A DNA stretch of 64,000 bases from Nitrospirota bacterium (GTDB lineage Bacteria > Nitrospirota > Thermodesulfovibrionia > Thermodesulfovibrionales > Dissulfurispiraceae): assembly GCA_963710375.1 (NCBI GenBank), contig CAVPZX010000006.1, positions 94,467 through 158,466 on the forward strand. The letters are read 5' to 3'. Below are positions 62,135 through 64,000 of the stretch, piece after piece (within the stretch, counting starts at the first letter, position 1; the number at the start of each line of letters is the position of its first letter). Position numbers and translations under genes: made by a program. The notes beneath the pieces were generated by a model. The model was not told the origin of the DNA and did not search any database. It saw nothing but the letters and a program-made list of their open reading frames with translations.

Positions 62135-62305
62135 TTAAGAATTAGCCGAGTAAAGAAAGTATATGACAGAGAGAACAGCCGCAATAATGGCAACTCCCAC
62201 AATCTTCCAGTTGAACTTATAACGCTTTTCCCCCGGAGAAATTAGCCCGCCGTTGTCATGATCAATCTTGCGTTCTCGATACCAATCACGATCATACATT
62301 GACAT
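62135..62305 (-). CDS. Small membrane protein
   Basis: MSMYDRDWYRE N-terminus and a C-terminal TM helix; abuts the SRAP start. Confidence 0.55.
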   Translation of the reverse strand: MSMYDRDWYRERKIDHDNGGLISPGEKRYKFNWKIVGVAIIAAVLSVIYFLYSANS

Positions 62306-62420
62306 AAAATTAATATAGATTAAATATGAGAGAAAATTCAATTATGGGACATGATAGTTGAAACCTCGGCCACTGATGGGAGGTCGTGGTGAGTCTCTTT
62401 CGCCCCTAACCACTCATGAA

Positions 62421-62496
62421 GATGTACTTCCTGTACATCACAGTAGTCGGTCTTGTAACAATTGTGTGAAGTATAAATGGAAATTTAGTCTGCTCG
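62421..62496 (-). repeat. Dispersed repeat copy 2
   Basis: cttgtaacaattgtgtgaagta (62452-73) is the reverse complement of 59850-71. Confidence 0.7.
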
Positions 62497-62556
62497 GTGG
62501 TCGTTATTATCAGCATGTCGCGGAGCGATGTTTACGATGCAATTGTTATGCATTTA

Positions 62557-62940
62557 TTATTTGTCAATCTTAAAATTGAAGGTTACATCTTCTGCTGAAA
62601 TTCCACCTCGAATACCCCAGTTCTCAAGTGGCTGCTCATCTAAGACAATAAAAATACTATCTTTTGCAATTTTCAAATTCCCCTCTAATACTTCAACAAT
62701 TTTTTTGTATAATTCTTTTTTAGTTTCTTTCGCGCGACCTTTAAACAATGTTATTTCAATTAAAATTTCATACGGCTGTTTCATGATGAAATTATTTTTT
62801 GCATATTCGATCAAGCGAATATTTCTATCATCGTTTGGTAATCTAAGGATTTCTACGAGGACATCACTAACCAAATTGATTAAATTTACTTTGAATTCCT
62901 GTGTTCTCCCAGAAGGCAATTCAATTCTCGTAAGTGGCAT
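62557..62940 (-). CDS. Tautomerase-family protein (two beta-alpha-beta units)
   Basis: N-terminal Pro (MP), GR..E.KK.LY, E.P.ENWG..G. Confidence 0.88.
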   Translation of the reverse strand: MPLTRIELPSGRTQEFKVNLINLVSDVLVEILRLPNDDRNIRLIEYAKNNFIMKQPYEILIEITLFKGRAKETKKELYKKIVEVLEGNLKIAKDSIFIVLDEQPLENWGIRGGISAEDVTFNFKIDK

Positions 62941-63072
62941 ATAGACTCCTTATATTTCTCATAACATATCCTAACCCGATATTTTCAGTCGCCATTGTCA
63001 GGATGATAACATATTTATCACACCTCTTGAGAACACTAAAGTTGTGCACGCCATGAGTTTATGATACCGAAA

Positions 63073-63999
63073 TCAGAAAAAACTGGGTAACACTTTTCCG
63101 TTTCGGGTAATGGTTATAAAGCCTTTCATGTTCAGCCAGGACTCCACGGCGATGCGCCAGGCCGCTTGCGGCTGAACTCCCTCACTGCATAATATATCAT
63201 TTTGCAAGTTCGTTATCCAGTCATAGGCATCCCTCCTTTCCCATTTGGAAAACGTTCTTTTGCCGGTGAAGTACACCTGGCAAGCATTCTTACCACTCAA
63301 GCATGGACGAGGCCGGTGATTAAGATCATGCTCAACTGTCGAGGCATATGCCTCCAGGTGTTCACGCGGACAAGAGGGTTTATAAGCGAGCTTCGAAGCA
63401 AGCCCGTTTTTCAGCTCGGTTTGCGCTTCTTCGATAGCGCCATTGTAAGGCGGATAATGAACCGGACTGTTCACCGGCATGACGAAGTAATCAGCAAGCA
63501 CGTCATTGACCGCCGAATGATTGAGGTTACCGCCATTGTCCCGCTTGAGAAACAGTGGCGAGCCGAAACGGTTGAAGGTTGCAGTAAGATAGCCGGATAT
63601 TTCTTCGCCGCAGGGGATGTCTCCTGTCATGGGATTGAACTTGTAGCGAGAAGCCATGTCCTGCATCTGGTTCAGGTACATCTTTGCGCCGGTTTCGTCA
63701 CGCTGTGCGTATTCGCAGGGGTCCATAGACCACGCAACGTTCGGCACGTTCCAGTGAATGCGCCTCAGATTCTGTCGGTGCAACATATTGAGATCATGCC
63801 TCGCCATCGGTACCATTCTTTGCAACTCCCTTCTTGAGACGCCTGATGCGTAACGAGCATATAATGCCCCCGTGCCCTGTGTGCGATTATAACCATGAGA
63901 CAACTGATCAATATCCCGCTTCAGTTTGTCCATATCCGGCGGCCTGACTTTGGGAGGACCCGGCTGCCGAACGAGAGGCGTGTCTTTCTTATGCCGCAT
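63073..63999 (-). mobile_element. Transposase with an integrase-core (DDE) domain, 5' part outside the window
   Basis: WSMD, QDMASRY, KRDNG, P..NGAIE, LN..PR..L; candidate end TGTGCACGCC at 63043. Confidence 0.75.
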
Positions 64000-64000
64000 G

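Overview
A bacterial chromosomal window. Gene content and order (split F0F1 operon atpF'-F-H-A-G-D-C, futalosine MqnA, archease-RtcB, lptCAB-rpoN) suggest an anaerobe of the Nitrospirota (Thermodesulfovibrionia-like) or Desulfobacterota; this taxonomy is inference. About 1-52 kb is mostly housekeeping (fmt, rsmB, rpe, aroE, lpt, rpoN, rapZ, atp, trxB, secDF-yajC, recJ, panB, ald, nnr, pgeF, tsaE). It is interrupted by a ~12 kb C1/molybdenum block: FAD oxidoreductase-cooF-cooS, modA, modE, a selenocysteine formate dehydrogenase (in-frame UGA plus SECIS) and Moco-maturation genes. From tsaE to the end (52.2-64 kb) is an accessory region. It holds an Xre/RES toxin-antitoxin pair, an IS110-family element with a bridge-RNA-like upstream non-coding region, a Ser-rich His6 protein, a BaeSR-like pair, a secreted protein with six CGYKSDGxYHC repeats, a SRAP peptidase, a tautomerase, a partial integrase-core transposase, and several attC-like core/inverse-core pairs. 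Intergenic spaces carry a family of inverted heptamer/hexamer arrays and three unrelated long palindromic MITE/REP-like elements. secD and baeS each contain a single-base insertion, probably assembly errors. I recognised no rRNA, tRNA or CRISPR array. All calls come from motif recognition by eye; no database searches were run.
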